NCBI GenBank assembly: GCA_049724395.1
Contig: JAUGWO010000041.1
Location: 54,952 to 74,951 of the forward strand
Reading direction: 5' to 3'
Source of the DNA: Spongospora subterranea f. sp. subterranea
Taxonomy: Eukaryota
DNA length: 20,000 bases
Shown: one piece after another, positions 1 through 12,779 of the stretch
Numbering within the stretch: the first letter of the stretch is position 1
How the letters are laid out: the number at the start of each line of letters is the position of its first letter
Program-made: the position numbers and the translations under genes
Notes under the pieces: model-generated
What the model saw: the letters and a program-made list of their open reading frames with translations, nothing else
Database searches by the model: none
What the model was told of the DNA's origin: nothing

Positions 1-3000
1 GCTCGTCATCCGTCAATGATTACATGGGCTCAGGAGCAGCTCTCGGCGACACTAAAATGCCAAACTTGTAGGATCTGGCTTATTGACGAGACGACAAATG
101 AGCTATTGTCATATACTGGAGATCCTGCAGTAGAGCATCGAGAACAGGCTGGAACCGGTATAATTGGATATGTTCAAAACACTAAGCAATATCTTATTAA
201 CAATGGATTATTGTCCCTTCATCCTCGTTTCAATGCAAAAGTTGATGCTCCTAAAGGGATCGACATTCAGCGTTGCTCTTCACTGCTGTGTGTTCCTGCT
301 GCCGAAAATTCCGATGGAACTGTTCATGCAATCATACAATTTCTGAACAAGCGAGACTCTCAAAAGTTCACAAATTCAGACCTCGAAACTGCTCAAATAT
401 TTTGCCGACGTCTTTGCAGTGCCATTCGCCGAGAAAAGAGGGCCTCGGCAAGAAGTGACCAAAGAGAGAAGGACCTGAGCAATGCCACCATACAATGCGA
501 GCAGTGGAAGGCGCGTATGACAGCTTGCGAATCAATGTCAAACCTATTTGGGACCGAGGGCCTGGATCTGTACCCAGGAAATTTCTCAAGCAAGGTGACA
601 AGTGCATTGATGGAAGCTTTGAACGCGGACGTGGTCACCATCGCAGCTGTCATGCCTCGTCATTTACTCCCGTTCCGATTCGAGCGTGTTGATAAGATCT
701 CTAGTTCCGCTGCGTTCAGGAAGCTCGCGAAACAGGCTATCGATACTCGAAGCATTACGTCCAGAGCAAATGTCAACGTAGCCAAAGTATCCCAACCCCT
801 AGTTTTAATCTGTGGACCGCTGTTGGTAACAACAAGCAGCTTGTGCATACAAAAAAGCTAACTAGTTTTTGAATCAGGTTGGATTCCTTAGGGCGTGTTA
901 TTGCTACTGTTCTGGCCGGTGTAAAATCTTCGAAATACGGTCCTCATAGCAGTGTAATCATTTCAATATTTAGCGCAATGTGTGGTGCATTTCTAGACCG
1001 CAAACACAGCCAATTAAATGCTGCTTTCACAAATCGTATGCCCTTAAAAGACGAGGAAGAATCTAGTCGCAGTCTTCGGGCTAACAAGGAAAATGCGCCA
1101 ACACATCATTTGGTACGACATCAACCGTCGTCTTTAAGAATTGATTCTCTCCCTAGAGCGCCATCATTTACCGAACTGGATGAACATCTGAGCTCTGAAG
1201 ATGAGGCAAATCCGCCACCTTTTTCGAGGACATCTTCAGTAGGTACTGCTGAAACCGATGCCCTAGGCCTCCAGGAACAGAGGGAATTCGCTGCCGATGG
1301 CGGTGATGGTGCTTTAGCCCTAACTTCCACAGGAAGCGGGTCGGTCTCAGAATGGCGTGATTGGATGACAAACGAACTTCCAAGTGATACTGAGCCCGAA
1401 GACAAGCCCAAACACATATCAACCACTGACGAAGCGCGGATCAAAAGCTTTGCGCTTCTACATGCTGGTTCTGTGTCCAATGTATATGATGTCCCCGGCC
1501 CATCGTCTCGAAATCGAAGCGGTTCTATTCGTAGAAACCTCAACAGGGACACATCCCGGTCAAGACTCGTTCAAGTGGCTCCACCGAAGCTGAAGGAAAC
1601 AAAGTCTAGTTCAAAGCTGACGAATCCTGCCCCGTATAGGCGACTATCCCGAATGCAAAGTGAATCGAGGGATCTTGATGAAGTGAATGAAATTCGCGCC
1701 GCACTTTACATTGAAAGCGACGATATCTTCGATACCGTTGAATTTACAGGAGGAGAAGTTGAATATGTACACCCAGATGGCGACGAAACCTCAGATCAAG
1801 TTTTCGGGTTGACCATGCAAGTTCCTCGTCCGAAGCATGATCGAGTTATATCTTTTGACCAAGGTCCATCGTTCTATCTCGACATTTTATCACATGATGA
1901 TGAGGACACATCTATGAAAAAACAGCCAGATCGCAAGTTCAGCTTGCCGGTTGAAGATGTGGCAAATGATAAATCTACTACTTTCGACCTAGTAAAATCA
2001 CATTCGATCGAGCTGGAAACAAAGAACATAGACAATTCTCGGTTTATCATTTCATCAACGTCGTCAACATCTTCGCATCGTTCATCCCGTGGTGGTGGAT
2101 TTCGCCGTCCCAATTCAACACGCCGTAAGAAGTTTCAAAACGAGGCAGGAAATGAGAAATCGGCAAAAAAAAAGTCAACCAGCGTTGATGATCATAATTT
2201 AACCGCTGGAAATCTTCAGATGATATCGCTAGAAAACGACAATGATGAATTACTGAGGGTCATGCAGGCATTAGGAACAACTACAGAATTGCCATTAACG
2301 GAAAGCGAACCAGAGGCCATCCTCACTATTGCTGAAGGGGCTCTTTTGGCTCTTTCTGTGGTGCTGACACAATCGGATCAATTCCAGGTAATTCTATCAT
2401 ATTACAACATATTCTTCTAAGGTATCATTCGCTCTCTTTTTAGATTCGCATTGGAAGTCGATGGTACAAGTGGCTGCCAGAGACAGAAACTATCAGCGGA
2501 GCGCTCTCTTCTTCATGTATGTCAAAATCTCGATGCACATCTTTGTAGACTCTAAAAAATGCCCGATCCATTACCAGTTTACACAATTCCCGCTGGACTT
2601 CGTGAACCGCTTGATATGCCCAACTCACCTTCATGGAAAGGGGAGCTCTGTGCCTACATTGCAAAAGGTCACTTCAACCGCATCGAAATGGCAGGGATGC
2701 GGGCCGTTTCGGCCAGATTAAACGCGGTATTGGCCTACCAGTCGCATATTGCCAGCCTGTCGCTTCTCCTGTCATCTGAAAATAAAGAGTCGGCGCGACT
2801 ACAGTCTCAATTGCAGATCGCCACGTCCCTCCTGGAATGTGCTCGGACCTGTACGCTCTCCAAAGGAGTGCATGTTGTGTTCAACAACGACTCATGCCAA
2901 CTGGTATGACTGATGCATACCAAGTTATCTACTCTACTAACTAACGGTTACATGTTCGCTCTCTTCGTTTAGGCTAAATTTTTAAACGCAGAAAGCGCTC

Positions 3001-6000
3001 AGATATGGTTATTCGATCAAACATGCGCCCAGCTTTGGACAGCGGTTGATACCGGTTCCAACAATACTGTGAAAACGCTGCGATGTCCTATTGACTGTGT
3101 GAGCTTATTAACACAGGTCGCGGTATCTCGGTCGGATTTGGTTAGGGGTGACAATCTGCGATTTTTCTCATCGTTCGATTGTACAGGATATCTGCAGTTT
3201 ATCACGAGAATGATGAATGTAGTGCATATAATGAAGAAATCGACGGCATATCGGTCGGTCTCAAGTCATCGCTAAAGCCACGTTCATTATTGATTTCTGC
3301 CATTGGAAATGACGTGGAGGTGAGAACGCCATTATGCATTATGTACATGTTGTCATCCTGTCGCGCTTAGGGTGTGTTAGGCGTCATTCGAGTGTGTAAT
3401 AAATCTGATGCAGATTCGGGGACGAGATCTAAATTCAGCAATGCTGATCAACGATTTCTGGAATCAGCCTGCGTCATCTTCTTAGACACTGTCAGATCGC
3501 ACCGAAATAACATGAAATTACAAGATCGGTACTCGGCATATCACATCAGAAGCATGGTATTGACTTAAAGTTTTCAGATTGGAGCCAGCCCTCAAACTTG
3601 CTCAAACAGAAAGACATGGACGCCAGCGAATGCAGGTTTTATTGTCAGCTCAAGTTTCTCGTCTAAGCAAATTTAATAAGCGCGCTGTACATCTTGGTGA
3701 AGCCGCTTCGACCAACACCAAATTTATCAACAGCCTAACGCAAATTTGCAATGGAAAGAAGGACGGTATCAGAACTCGGTTGGAAGAAGCCTGTCTTACG
3801 ATGTGGAAATCTATTTGCGGCATCCAGTTCTGCAGCATTTTAGCCGCTTCAGAAATGATAAAGTCATGGACGGATCTGAAAAGCGTGCATAGCGTTATTG
3901 ACCTCTCGAATTGCGGTATGTCGATTTTTCAGTTAAGGATTTGATATAATTGCTGATACTTTGCTCTCTCAGCAATAAGTGAACTTGTTGAGCATGTTTG
4001 CGCAAATAACGAAATAGCAGACAGCGAGGTCTCCCTAAAAGATGTTTCTGAATTGTGGAATGGCACTGAAACGGGTTCACACGATAAGCGACGATGCTTC
4101 TGCTTGCCTATCTGTGATCAGTCTCGCTCAGTAGTCGCTGTTTGCGTACTTGTCGGTTCAGAACTGGACTCGCATTTCAATCACGAGCTAGCCACTCTGT
4201 TTTGCAGCATTGTCGGCCTATGGCTACAACTGTTTATCAATCTACAGTCACTTCAAAGTGAAACTGGCTTGATCCGCTCGGATTTGATAGCTTGCTCTGC
4301 GAATCAGCAACGCTTGGAATCAGCTAAGACCGCCTTGCAGAAAGTTCTGGATCTAATCGCGGACCTCACAAATTGTCCTTCATCGTCAGCTTTGTCTACA
4401 GAATTTCTCAAAGGCGTTGACCACCTCTCTGGTTGTCACTCCGTATGGTGTCCTCCTGGCCTGAAGCCGTTTCAGTTCAGCACAACGACCAGCACGGATA
4501 AACCTTTCAGAATTGATGTAAGTTCGGACAGTTTGGAGGTTTTGAAGCAGCTATATCCCACCGGCAACCTTTGGGATCAAACGTTTATCCGAACATGTGT
4601 CGTCAAGGACAGATGTTTGATTTCGATGAATAAGAAGCCGTTTCTAGACTCGGATATTGAACTTTTCGATTACATCGGAAGGGTCGGCCTTACTCTCGTG
4701 GGATTCATTGAAGAGCATCTAGATAGCACAAAGTTGGTCAAAGATCTGCAAACCTTTGCCGAGGGTGCTAAGATGGAGCTTCATTTAATGAAGTCTTCAT
4801 CCATGTACGCATTCTGGTGCAAAGAAGCAGCAGATCGATTATGGGATTCCGGACTGCAAGATAAGGATACAGTTGTTAAAGAACTTGCTAATCGAGTTGG
4901 CTGTAAGCAAGCCAGCTTCGTGATTGTGCAACCGGCGAAATGTTTGCCAGAGTTAGCACACGAAATTATGTTAACTGATACCAATAGCGATTTACTGAGC
5001 AACCCAATATGCATTAATGATGCAGCAGAGGCGAAATCCGTCGCAGTTGACTGGGCAGAACCTGCATTGAATCTGATATCGGCCCCATTAAAGCATCGCA
5101 CTGGGTTTGTTATTCTCGGCACAAAGCGCGAAGGGAACTTCACGACTGAGGATCAGCAATTTCTCGATATGTTTATATCATTCGTTTCACCCATCGTTGA
5201 GCTACTCAATGACTCTGTCTCCCGAGATATCGCTGTTAACGACCTTCAGCGACAATGTCAAGATATGTCTTTAGAAATCAATAGCTGCCAGAGTGAACGT
5301 GACGTTTTGAAATGTGCGGTTGAAGCCTCGGTCAATGATTGGGGTTCAATGGAATCACTGAGCTCTATCGCTCTTGCACATATGGAGCCTACGCTTCGCA
5401 ATATGTTCCGAAAGCTCGAGATCCAGGCAGATTCAATACAGATTTTTTCGCCCTGGTCACGCATAACGTCACTTGAGGAGCTCACCTTCGACCTCCCAAG
5501 TTCTGCCATTACTCAAGCGAAGGCAACCATTAGCATGGGGAAACCCTGTTCGATGTTCTTCAATGATGACTGCATTGACCCACCGACAAAACGTCATAAA
5601 TATCCAGCACGTGCAGGTGGTGGATGCTCAGTGATGTGGATACCAGTTATTCCCTGGGTTCAGCGTACAACGGATGCACCTGTTGCTTCCTTCATCATGC
5701 AAATCGTCCGAAGATACACAGAATGCAAAGATTTTTCAGCTAGCGAGCTGTTAGCAGCGTCACTTTTTGCTCGCTCTCTAAATTCGGCATTTGCTGTCGT
5801 CAACCTACAGAGCGAGATCCTGCAATTGCAACAAAAAAATTATTCTGTAAGTTTCTGATATGACAAGGAGGGCAGCATTATCAATAACCGATGGATGTAT
5901 AATGACAGGCGGTGGACGAGAGAGAGAGAGTAGGAAATCAGTTGAAGGAGATTTGGAACCTGCTCGGAATGATCATAGGGTCACCTGATGCATTAATAGC

Positions 6001-8540
6001 GTCGCCTCCGTCAGCGTTGCTCACCCTTCAGCAGTGCCTTGCCGCCATTCTTTCGTGTGAGCTGTGCACCATTTTTATCAACACTGTTGAAGCGAGCAAG
6101 ACACTCATCAAATATACGAGTATTATAGCTGTAGCGTATTGAATGAGCTTGAGGTTGTGACATTTTTGTGTCAGGAGATGGGATAGAGTTCGTAAAAATA
6201 AATGTTCTCAACGAACCCTGTATCATTAGTTGGGTATGCTCAACAGGTACTCCATATTCAGTCGTCGATGTAGAGACTGATCCCCGGTATAACGACCGTT
6301 TTGATAACAACGATGGAACCGTCAAAAAGCCTTCAAGCGCAATGTTCATCCCTCTGTACAGGTCAAAAATGGTCGTTGGGGTTATTCAGGCCACTCGATA
6401 TGGTCAACGATCTCCTTTTTTGAATGGGGATATTGAGATTTGTGCCCTGCTAGGAGGGCTGATGATGCTCATTCAACCTTCTATAGAGCTTGCTAGTGTC
6501 GCTGATTCTACGAACGACTTGCAAATCAGTCAAGGTGTCTATCTTTTATTGCTCAATGCCGATGTGATTGTAATCTGTTTTCTAGACGTTTCGGCCATTC
6601 CAGAATTGCGATTACTTCTAAGTACAGGGGATTGGCGAATAGATCGCGCTGATGCCTATATCTGCACAGCACAAGATATATTTAATGCTCTTCACAATCG
6701 TATACGAGCAGAAGGATGCGGCATGTTTGTCCTAGATGATGTGAACATGCGGTTCCGCTTGGTATACACCGACCTAGATTTAGCAGAAAACAGGGTAATT
6801 GATGAAATTCATTTCGGAACCCGCCAAGGTTTATTAGGCGCAGCTGTGTCGTCTGCATCCATTCAAAAAGTTTCAAATACTGTTGGCGATCCGCGATTTC
6901 AGGCGTTTCCCGATCAATGGATGCGGTCGTCGCTGAACTCAACCATCATCGTTCCTCTAATTGATGCGTCATCTTCAGTCGTCTGTGGTCTTATTCAATT
7001 AGTTAACGTCACATTGGCCGCAAATACAGATTTACTTGAATCAGATCTACAATATGCTAGATGCTTATCCGCACTTGCCTCAGTGGTGGTCCAGGTTTGC
7101 CATTATTTTCGCCGCCGGTTCGTGTTTATTCATTGATAATTTCATCAGGTTCGACGTCAAACGTTACGCCTTGAGACAGAATCCAATCAAACTGTGGAAC
7201 GCCTCAGCTCAACAAGGATTGCACTTCAAACCAACGTTGATGAAATTCGAGAACTGCAAGCACTTACTCAATGTTCGGCACACATTGTCGATTTTTGTGG
7301 TGCCATCATCGGGGTCTCTACTTTGGCTCCATTGTACGCAGCGTTCTTTGACCAGTTCATTTCCTTTACGCGATCATTTTAGGTTTCAAGCGGTTCAATA
7401 TTTTGTATGCAAGGCGTTTTTAGCTTCAAGAGCACATCTGTTCCTGCTTGATTCCGATCAGAAAGATATGTTCTGTAATATATCTGATGATGTTGGAGGT
7501 CTTTCCAGATCTTTATGTTTTTGTATCGTTATCTTACGTTGTTTCAGGTGCCGCACACTGTCTACGTTTGCCTCTTGACGCTAGTGTGGTGGGAGTGGTT
7601 CAACGGACCGCCAATCCAACGATAATATGTCACCCATGGACTGAGAATCCTGCATTGTCACCATCCAATCCCGAAGCCAAAAATCTTCGAGTGGCTCTGG
7701 AAAATCTTCCTTGGTATACGGCAACAACCTGCAAAGCTATATTAGCTGCGCCTGTTCGAGATCATAATCAGCAAATCATTGGAGTAATTGAGGTTCGACT
7801 TGTTAACTAGAGACGTTGACAAGTTAGTAAAGCCGCTGCAGGTTTGCAGATTTGACCTGAAGAATGGTCGGAATTGGTGCAACGATGACGTTGTCAGGCT
7901 AGAACTGATATGCAATCGTGTGGCGAGTGCATTACAGAACTGTAGGCAGTTCCATCGTCTGAAGAGCAAGTTCGACGCGTTAATGGCTCGTCTGCGTATG
8001 CTGGAACAAAGACGCCGCGAGCAAGATGAAAACGACGAGCTTGATGACGGATACGGATCGAAACCGTTGAGAAGCAAACAAGCAGCAAGGCAAGAGATGG
8101 AGCACATGGTTCAGTTGCAATCGCAGTTGCAAGCGGCGTTAACCGATCGCGATCAGCTCAAATTCGAAACCTCCAAACTATATTCCGCTTTAGAGGAAAG
8201 AGAGACGCAGGTGATATCGGCTCGACAGCGCATCGAAGCATTAGAAAAAAACGTTCGTTACGCTCAGATGCAGTTCCGGACGATGATCGTCGAATCAGTC
8301 GACGATGATGAGATTGGCGAAACTCACGCTCGAGAGATGAATGTAATCAAGCGAGAACTTGAGCAGGCTCGCGGCGATAACATCGAACTGGTTAGTGCCA
8401 TGCAATCGTTGATATCCTCTTATGCGGCCGATGGGAGCAACAAAGTCAATGCTGCAATTCAACAAGCCAAGTTGGCCTTAAACAAAGACAATCCCAAGAT
8501 CGCACCATCACGACAAATATTTTCATATTTAGATAAATAA
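1..8540 (+). CDS. Large multi-exon tandem GAF-domain protein with a low-complexity linker and C-terminal coiled coil (5' partial, roughly 2500+ aa in window)
   Basis: The + strand ORFs join in frame across manually inferred GT-AG introns: 822-877, 2388-2443, 2517-2577, 2904-2972, 3131-3186, 3320-3370, 3529-3577, 3916-3972, 5847-5908, 6120-6174, 6535-6585 (in-frame), 7095-7148, 7334-7382, 7499-7547, 7793-7841; stop TAA at 8538-8540. Repeated GAF signatures: 'HPRFNAKVDA..SLLCVP..VHAIIQFLNK..FTNSDLE', 'LGVIRVCNK..FSNADQRFLE', 'DVETDPRYNDRFD..SAMFIPL..VVGVIQA', 'DPRFQAFPD..IIVPL..CGLIQLVN', 'ILAAPVRDHNQQIIGVIEV'. The last ~200 aa are heptad-like. Confidence 0.85.
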
Positions 8541-8549
8541 AATCGATAT

Positions 8550-9637
8550 TTAATTTAACTTTATTTTCTTTGATCTGTTATTGTCTTGTTCATGGTCTTC
8601 ATCGTCGGCACTCTCCATTTGATCCCACATCTCGTCAACTTCGTCTTCGGATTGACAGGCATCGGGAGCCTGGACCTCAGGCAACCAGGAGACGCAATTC
8701 ATTTGCTGTTTTAGATATACGCGAGCGGTTTCCTTTCGAGAAGATATTTCGTGAATGTGAAGGAACCGGTCTAAACCGACCGATGCTATATGATCGGCTC
8801 CCACAGCAATATCGCGAATCGACCCCGAACTGCCGACAAATCGGCCAGCTGCAACCAAATTGCGGCGGAGATCCCTCTGAGTCAAAATACCAACGCCATC
8901 GGCAACGAAAACTGAATTTCCATCTGGGCACATTGCAACTGCGGAAACAGCGTTTTCGCCGACTTCGACATCCATAATAGGACGCCGACCTTTCCTTGAA
9001 TCATAGAGACGAACGTGATGAAAAGCGGTTCCAGTTGCCACGATGTTCGAGTCAGTGGGGTGAAACGCGACGGTATTGATGAAGATGGGAACGGCCAAGG
9101 AAAGTTTGGTGAGTGGAACGTTTCTGGCTTTGAAGACACACGACTGAGTGTTGACGTCCCATATTTGTAGGTCTTGTTCTTTCCCACCGGCACCGATCAC
9201 ATTGTCGCCAAACGAGGCGAACCCTTTCGTATTTGCACCGACCTTGAATGTTGTCGCGACCTCATTGGGACTGTCCCAAGTGGCGATTGATACATTTCCA
9301 AGAGAATTACAGACCAAAACTCGTTGATCAGCCAGTGAGCATAGACCAACCGTCTCCTGGCGCGAAAATTCGAAAGTTTTGTCAATTGCGCCCTTCTCTA
9401 ACGAAACAGCTCGAACATGACCATTTTTCAGCGCTACTAACGAGCGACCATCTGTGATCGTCATCTTCATGATCCCATTATCAAGAGATTGGGCGCCGAA
9501 ACATGAAACCTGTTTCTTTGTGGGAATATCGACAACTACAGCGCCAACGACAAGTCAGGGAATTGCATTTTACTCGCTGATAAAATTTAGATGTCACCTT
9601 TCAATAATCCGGTAGCATCGCCACATATAACCTTCAT
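8550..9637 (-). CDS. WDR74: WD40-repeat 60S ribosome biogenesis factor WDR74/Nsa1 homolog, 2 exons, ~341 aa
   Basis: Exon 1 (9637-9598) reads MKVICGDATGLLK. Intron 9597-9536 (GTGACA..TAG). Exon 2 (9535-8550) continues in frame into the 306-aa ORF. Family-typical motifs: 'GGKEQDLQIWD..FKARNVP..LSLAVPIF', 'HVRLYD..RRP', 'GSIRDI', 'SVGLDRFLHIH', 'VYLKQ', plus an acidic/basic tail. Confidence 0.9.
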
Positions 9638-9865
9638 CGCCGTTTTGGCCGTCCGAAAAAGACGACCGTCAAGCAGAACCCAGGATTCCGTCGAAGAATT
9701 TGACGGACTCCGTCCACGGACTTGAATTTCTTCCAGGCACGGCAACTTCCCAGGCTCCATCCCCATGACGAAAACACAACAAAATCCTCTTGGAATGAAA
9801 TAAATTGCTAGTGCTTCATAGCATTGATGATTTGCCTGGATTCAGTTTGAACTTTGGTGTTATCT

Positions 9866-10254
9866 GTCGATGAATATAATCACTAAATATTGGAGCGGGA
9901 AGAGTTGCTCGGTGGTCGAGAGAAAACAGCGATGAAAGGAATCGGATTAGTTTATTTCTGAACACAGATTAAATATACGGTACGAGCTATTATTCTCGAG
10001 ATCGACGGGATAGACCTGCCGAATTCTGCCATCATCGGAAGCCAGTCGTAAAGGCTCAGCCAAACGGCGACATACCAGTCTCGCTAATGCCTCAACTCGT
10101 TGGATTTTCTGTCTCCGCTTTTCGTAGCGATGTGTTCTTGTAGTCGGAATCCACTCGCCAGCAGCGTCAATTGTGGAATTGTAAAGCGAAATCGAAGCAA
10201 TGAAGTGTTATCGTCCAGACCCACATGGAACCTTTTCCGATGCCGGGATAGGTA
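9866..10254 (-). pseudogene. Degenerate PIF/Harbinger-like (DDE_Tnp_4-type) transposase N-terminal fragment
   Basis: Manual minus-strand translation across frameshifts gives 'LDDNTSLLRFRFTIPQLTLLASGFRLQEHIATKSGD', 'RVEALARLVCRRLAEPLRL', 'MMAEFGRSIPSISRII' and then 'PLQ..FID'. This resembles the RFRF...EAL..L.RLA.P.R...FGRS...SRI...FIDG pattern of Harbinger-type transposases. Stops and frameshifts are present. Confidence 0.6.
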
Positions 10255-10490
10255 GATTAAAACGCGTTTTTGAAACGAAACAAGTTGTTTCGAATCAAAA
10301 ACGCCATTATTTGGAGAAATCGAGCAACATCCTGATCAACTCCAAAAAAAACGAGTGTAATCATCGAAATCGCTTGTTCATCGCTGAACGCTGGTGCAAA
10401 AACATCGAAATTACAACTGAAACTTAGATGTCAAATCGCTCCCGAAAGGTACTTTGACTGTACTTTGAATTTGAAACTTAAATTGAAGAG

Positions 10491-10492
10491 NN
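10491..10492. other. Assembly gap / ambiguous bases (NN)
   Basis: Literal 'nn' in the sequence. Confidence 0.99.
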
Positions 10493-10503
10493 CACCGAAA
10501 CGT

Positions 10504-12332
10504 TCATATTTGTTTCAAGTTTAACTCGAAACTCAAGATTAGGGCGCTCCGAAAATCCTCCATCCTGCGAACGGGCAATCTTCTGTGACGCTGATAAACT
10601 TTGACAGCAAACTCTACTTGGCGCATGGTCAGCCTGTTGCCATCGGGACCACTAACGCGGTAGGCGTCCACGTATCTGAAGCATTTGCGGGCAAACCGAC
10701 GAATCTGGGACACGGTCACTGCCTAAAGTGCCAGAGGAACAACGCATTTCAACTCTTTGAAGGAATACGTGCAGATTCTTCGAGTGTAGCTCTTGCACGC
10801 GGCCCAATACATCTCTGTGAAGAAATTCACAATGAAACTTAGGATAAAAATCAACAATAAATCCATTGTGAATACTCAACGACCTAAATGCTTCTGTTGT
10901 TGAAAATCAGGCGGAGACTGCAGAATTTCACGAGCTCCTTCAAGACATACCGAGTGGTATCCCATAAGCTACATTCTTTCAAAATTGAGCGGCCCCTTTT
11001 TGGATACCGGCGTCGGTCAGCATTTTTTGATTTCAACAAACCAACGATGTCGTTGTGGTTTTGTCTTGACTCCACCATCACTAAGATTGAGCACGCGTGC
11101 ATTCAAGGCATTCGGAGGAAAAGAAGCATGATTTTGGGAATTATCCAATTGGAATAACGCGTGCGATTCGGGGTGCAGAATCTTGAAAATCGGAATGACT
11201 TTCGTTTGAAGCTGGTTAACCAAATCAGAATTGGTCCAATAACCGTCGGCGTTCTCCCCAGGCTCGATAATGGTTATGGTTGCTGACGGTACTAGAGGAT
11301 GCAATGCTTGCTGCTGTGGTGATAAGTTCATTGCACCATGGCATTGACATAAGAATTCCGATACCATTAAACTCTTTCCTTCCCCTTTGGGACGTACGGG
11401 TAAATGATTTTCATCCATCCAGATGTGCTGTTTTCCATCATCACAACTAGAACGAGATTCATCGTGAGTCACAAGAACCAGATGCTTAACTCCGTCTGGA
11501 ATATCTCACCTTCCATATCGTCCCCATCGAACTTGATCATTCGTTCGTCGTAGTGCCTCATGCGCCGTAGAAAATCTTTTCGATATGACACAACGTCTGC
11601 CCTTTTCGTGGCCATCTTGATACAACCCTTTCTGATAATCCCCATATTTGAATCCAAGAACATGCATCCATCTCGACGCAATTCGTTCAGAGATGATAAT
11701 CGGGCGCGGCAAACCCAGATGTAAATGAAGTGACTCCTGAATCCATTGTGAGAATGAAAGCGCTAAGATCAAATCGTGCCTTTGAGATCGAAGCCAAAAA
11801 TCGACACAAACGTCTTGGTCGTGAATAAACGATTTCAACTTGAAGTGCAAAACTTGGCTATGGTCGGGCCATCTCTGATTCTTCCAAATCTGGTAGTTCT
11901 CTACCGTGCCAGGTAGCATTGAATTTGAACAAACATTTGCTGCTGATTCGGACGATGTTTTTGTTCTCGAGAGCCATTGAACACGTCCTAGGAAGTATTT
12001 CTCGATGCTTTGATACCTTAGGAGAATATTTTGCCACGTGGGCGAGCCGCTTGTCGTCTTTTGGTGTTCTTCGTCACTGATGTGAGGCGAGTTAACAGTT
12101 GTATTGCGGTTGATATGTCTATGGAAGTGTCGTCCACTGCTTCCGGAGATTCCGCTTCAAGAACTTCGGCGACAATTTCAGCTGTTGCACTTCTCGGTTT
12201 GAACCAATTGGTATTTTTTAGGAAAGTTTGCGACTGAGTTGATGCGAGATTGACACTCTTTTTTTGTCGCCGCCACCGAGAGATATCGCTATCACCGTAA
12301 TAAACACGGGCGGAGATGGGATCCAGCACCAT
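10504..12332 (-). pseudogene. Frameshifted IS630-Tc1-mariner-related DDE transposase (type with a long insert between the second D and the E region)
   Basis: Consecutive - strand ORF pieces: 'ISERIASRWMHVLGF..KGLYQDGHE/RADVVSYRKDFL', 'THDES..W..PKGEGKSLMVSEFL..G..PGENADGYW..Q..IPIF..HP..ALFQLDNSQNH', 'FYPKFHCE', 'IRRFARKCFRYVDAYR'. At least 5 frame changes. No TIRs identified by eye. Assignment of the 12018-12332 ORF as the N-terminus is less certain. Confidence 0.8.
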
Positions 12333-12779
12333 TTATCCAAACTACCGTTGATGTGTTAGCATCAACGGCTGCGTCATCGTCATCATCAAATGACGTAGCT
12401 TTCGTTGTCCGATGACTGACTACCTTCATGACATACTTCCTCATCGTCAATGGTCGCAGGGATGAGTTTCAGATTCTGGATATATCTAGATTTGGCTAAC
12501 TGATTTCATCGAGAGAATCGTTGGGAGTTATTGTCAACAGTTTGATGATTTTCAAATTTTGAGTCCGGACGGCGCAGTAAAAAACTTGCGATTGCTCGTG
12601 GTCATCACTGCGCCACTGTGTGTAAGAATATGCGGCAATATGTGCGTAAGCCACTGTACAAACATTGGACTCTATCGGCGCATCCGCTATCAGAGCTGAA
12701 AACACGATCGAGGTGTCATATTGTTCAGAAGGCAAAAAGCTATCGATTAACAACTTCGCAGCCGATTTTTTGAGCTAGC

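Noticed and set aside
164..9457. Numerous small overlapping or antisense ORFs within the GAF and WDR74 genes
   Set aside because: They are alternative-frame shadows with no recognisable motifs. The spliced models account for the region.
9660..9735. Short GACGG/CCGTC inverted motifs upstream of WDR74
   Set aside because: Stems of only 5-6 bp, not distinguishable from chance.
12496..12753. 85-aa minus-strand ORF between the MULE and ITm remnants
   Set aside because: No recognisable motif. Probably a decayed transposon C-terminal region, and it cannot be assigned.
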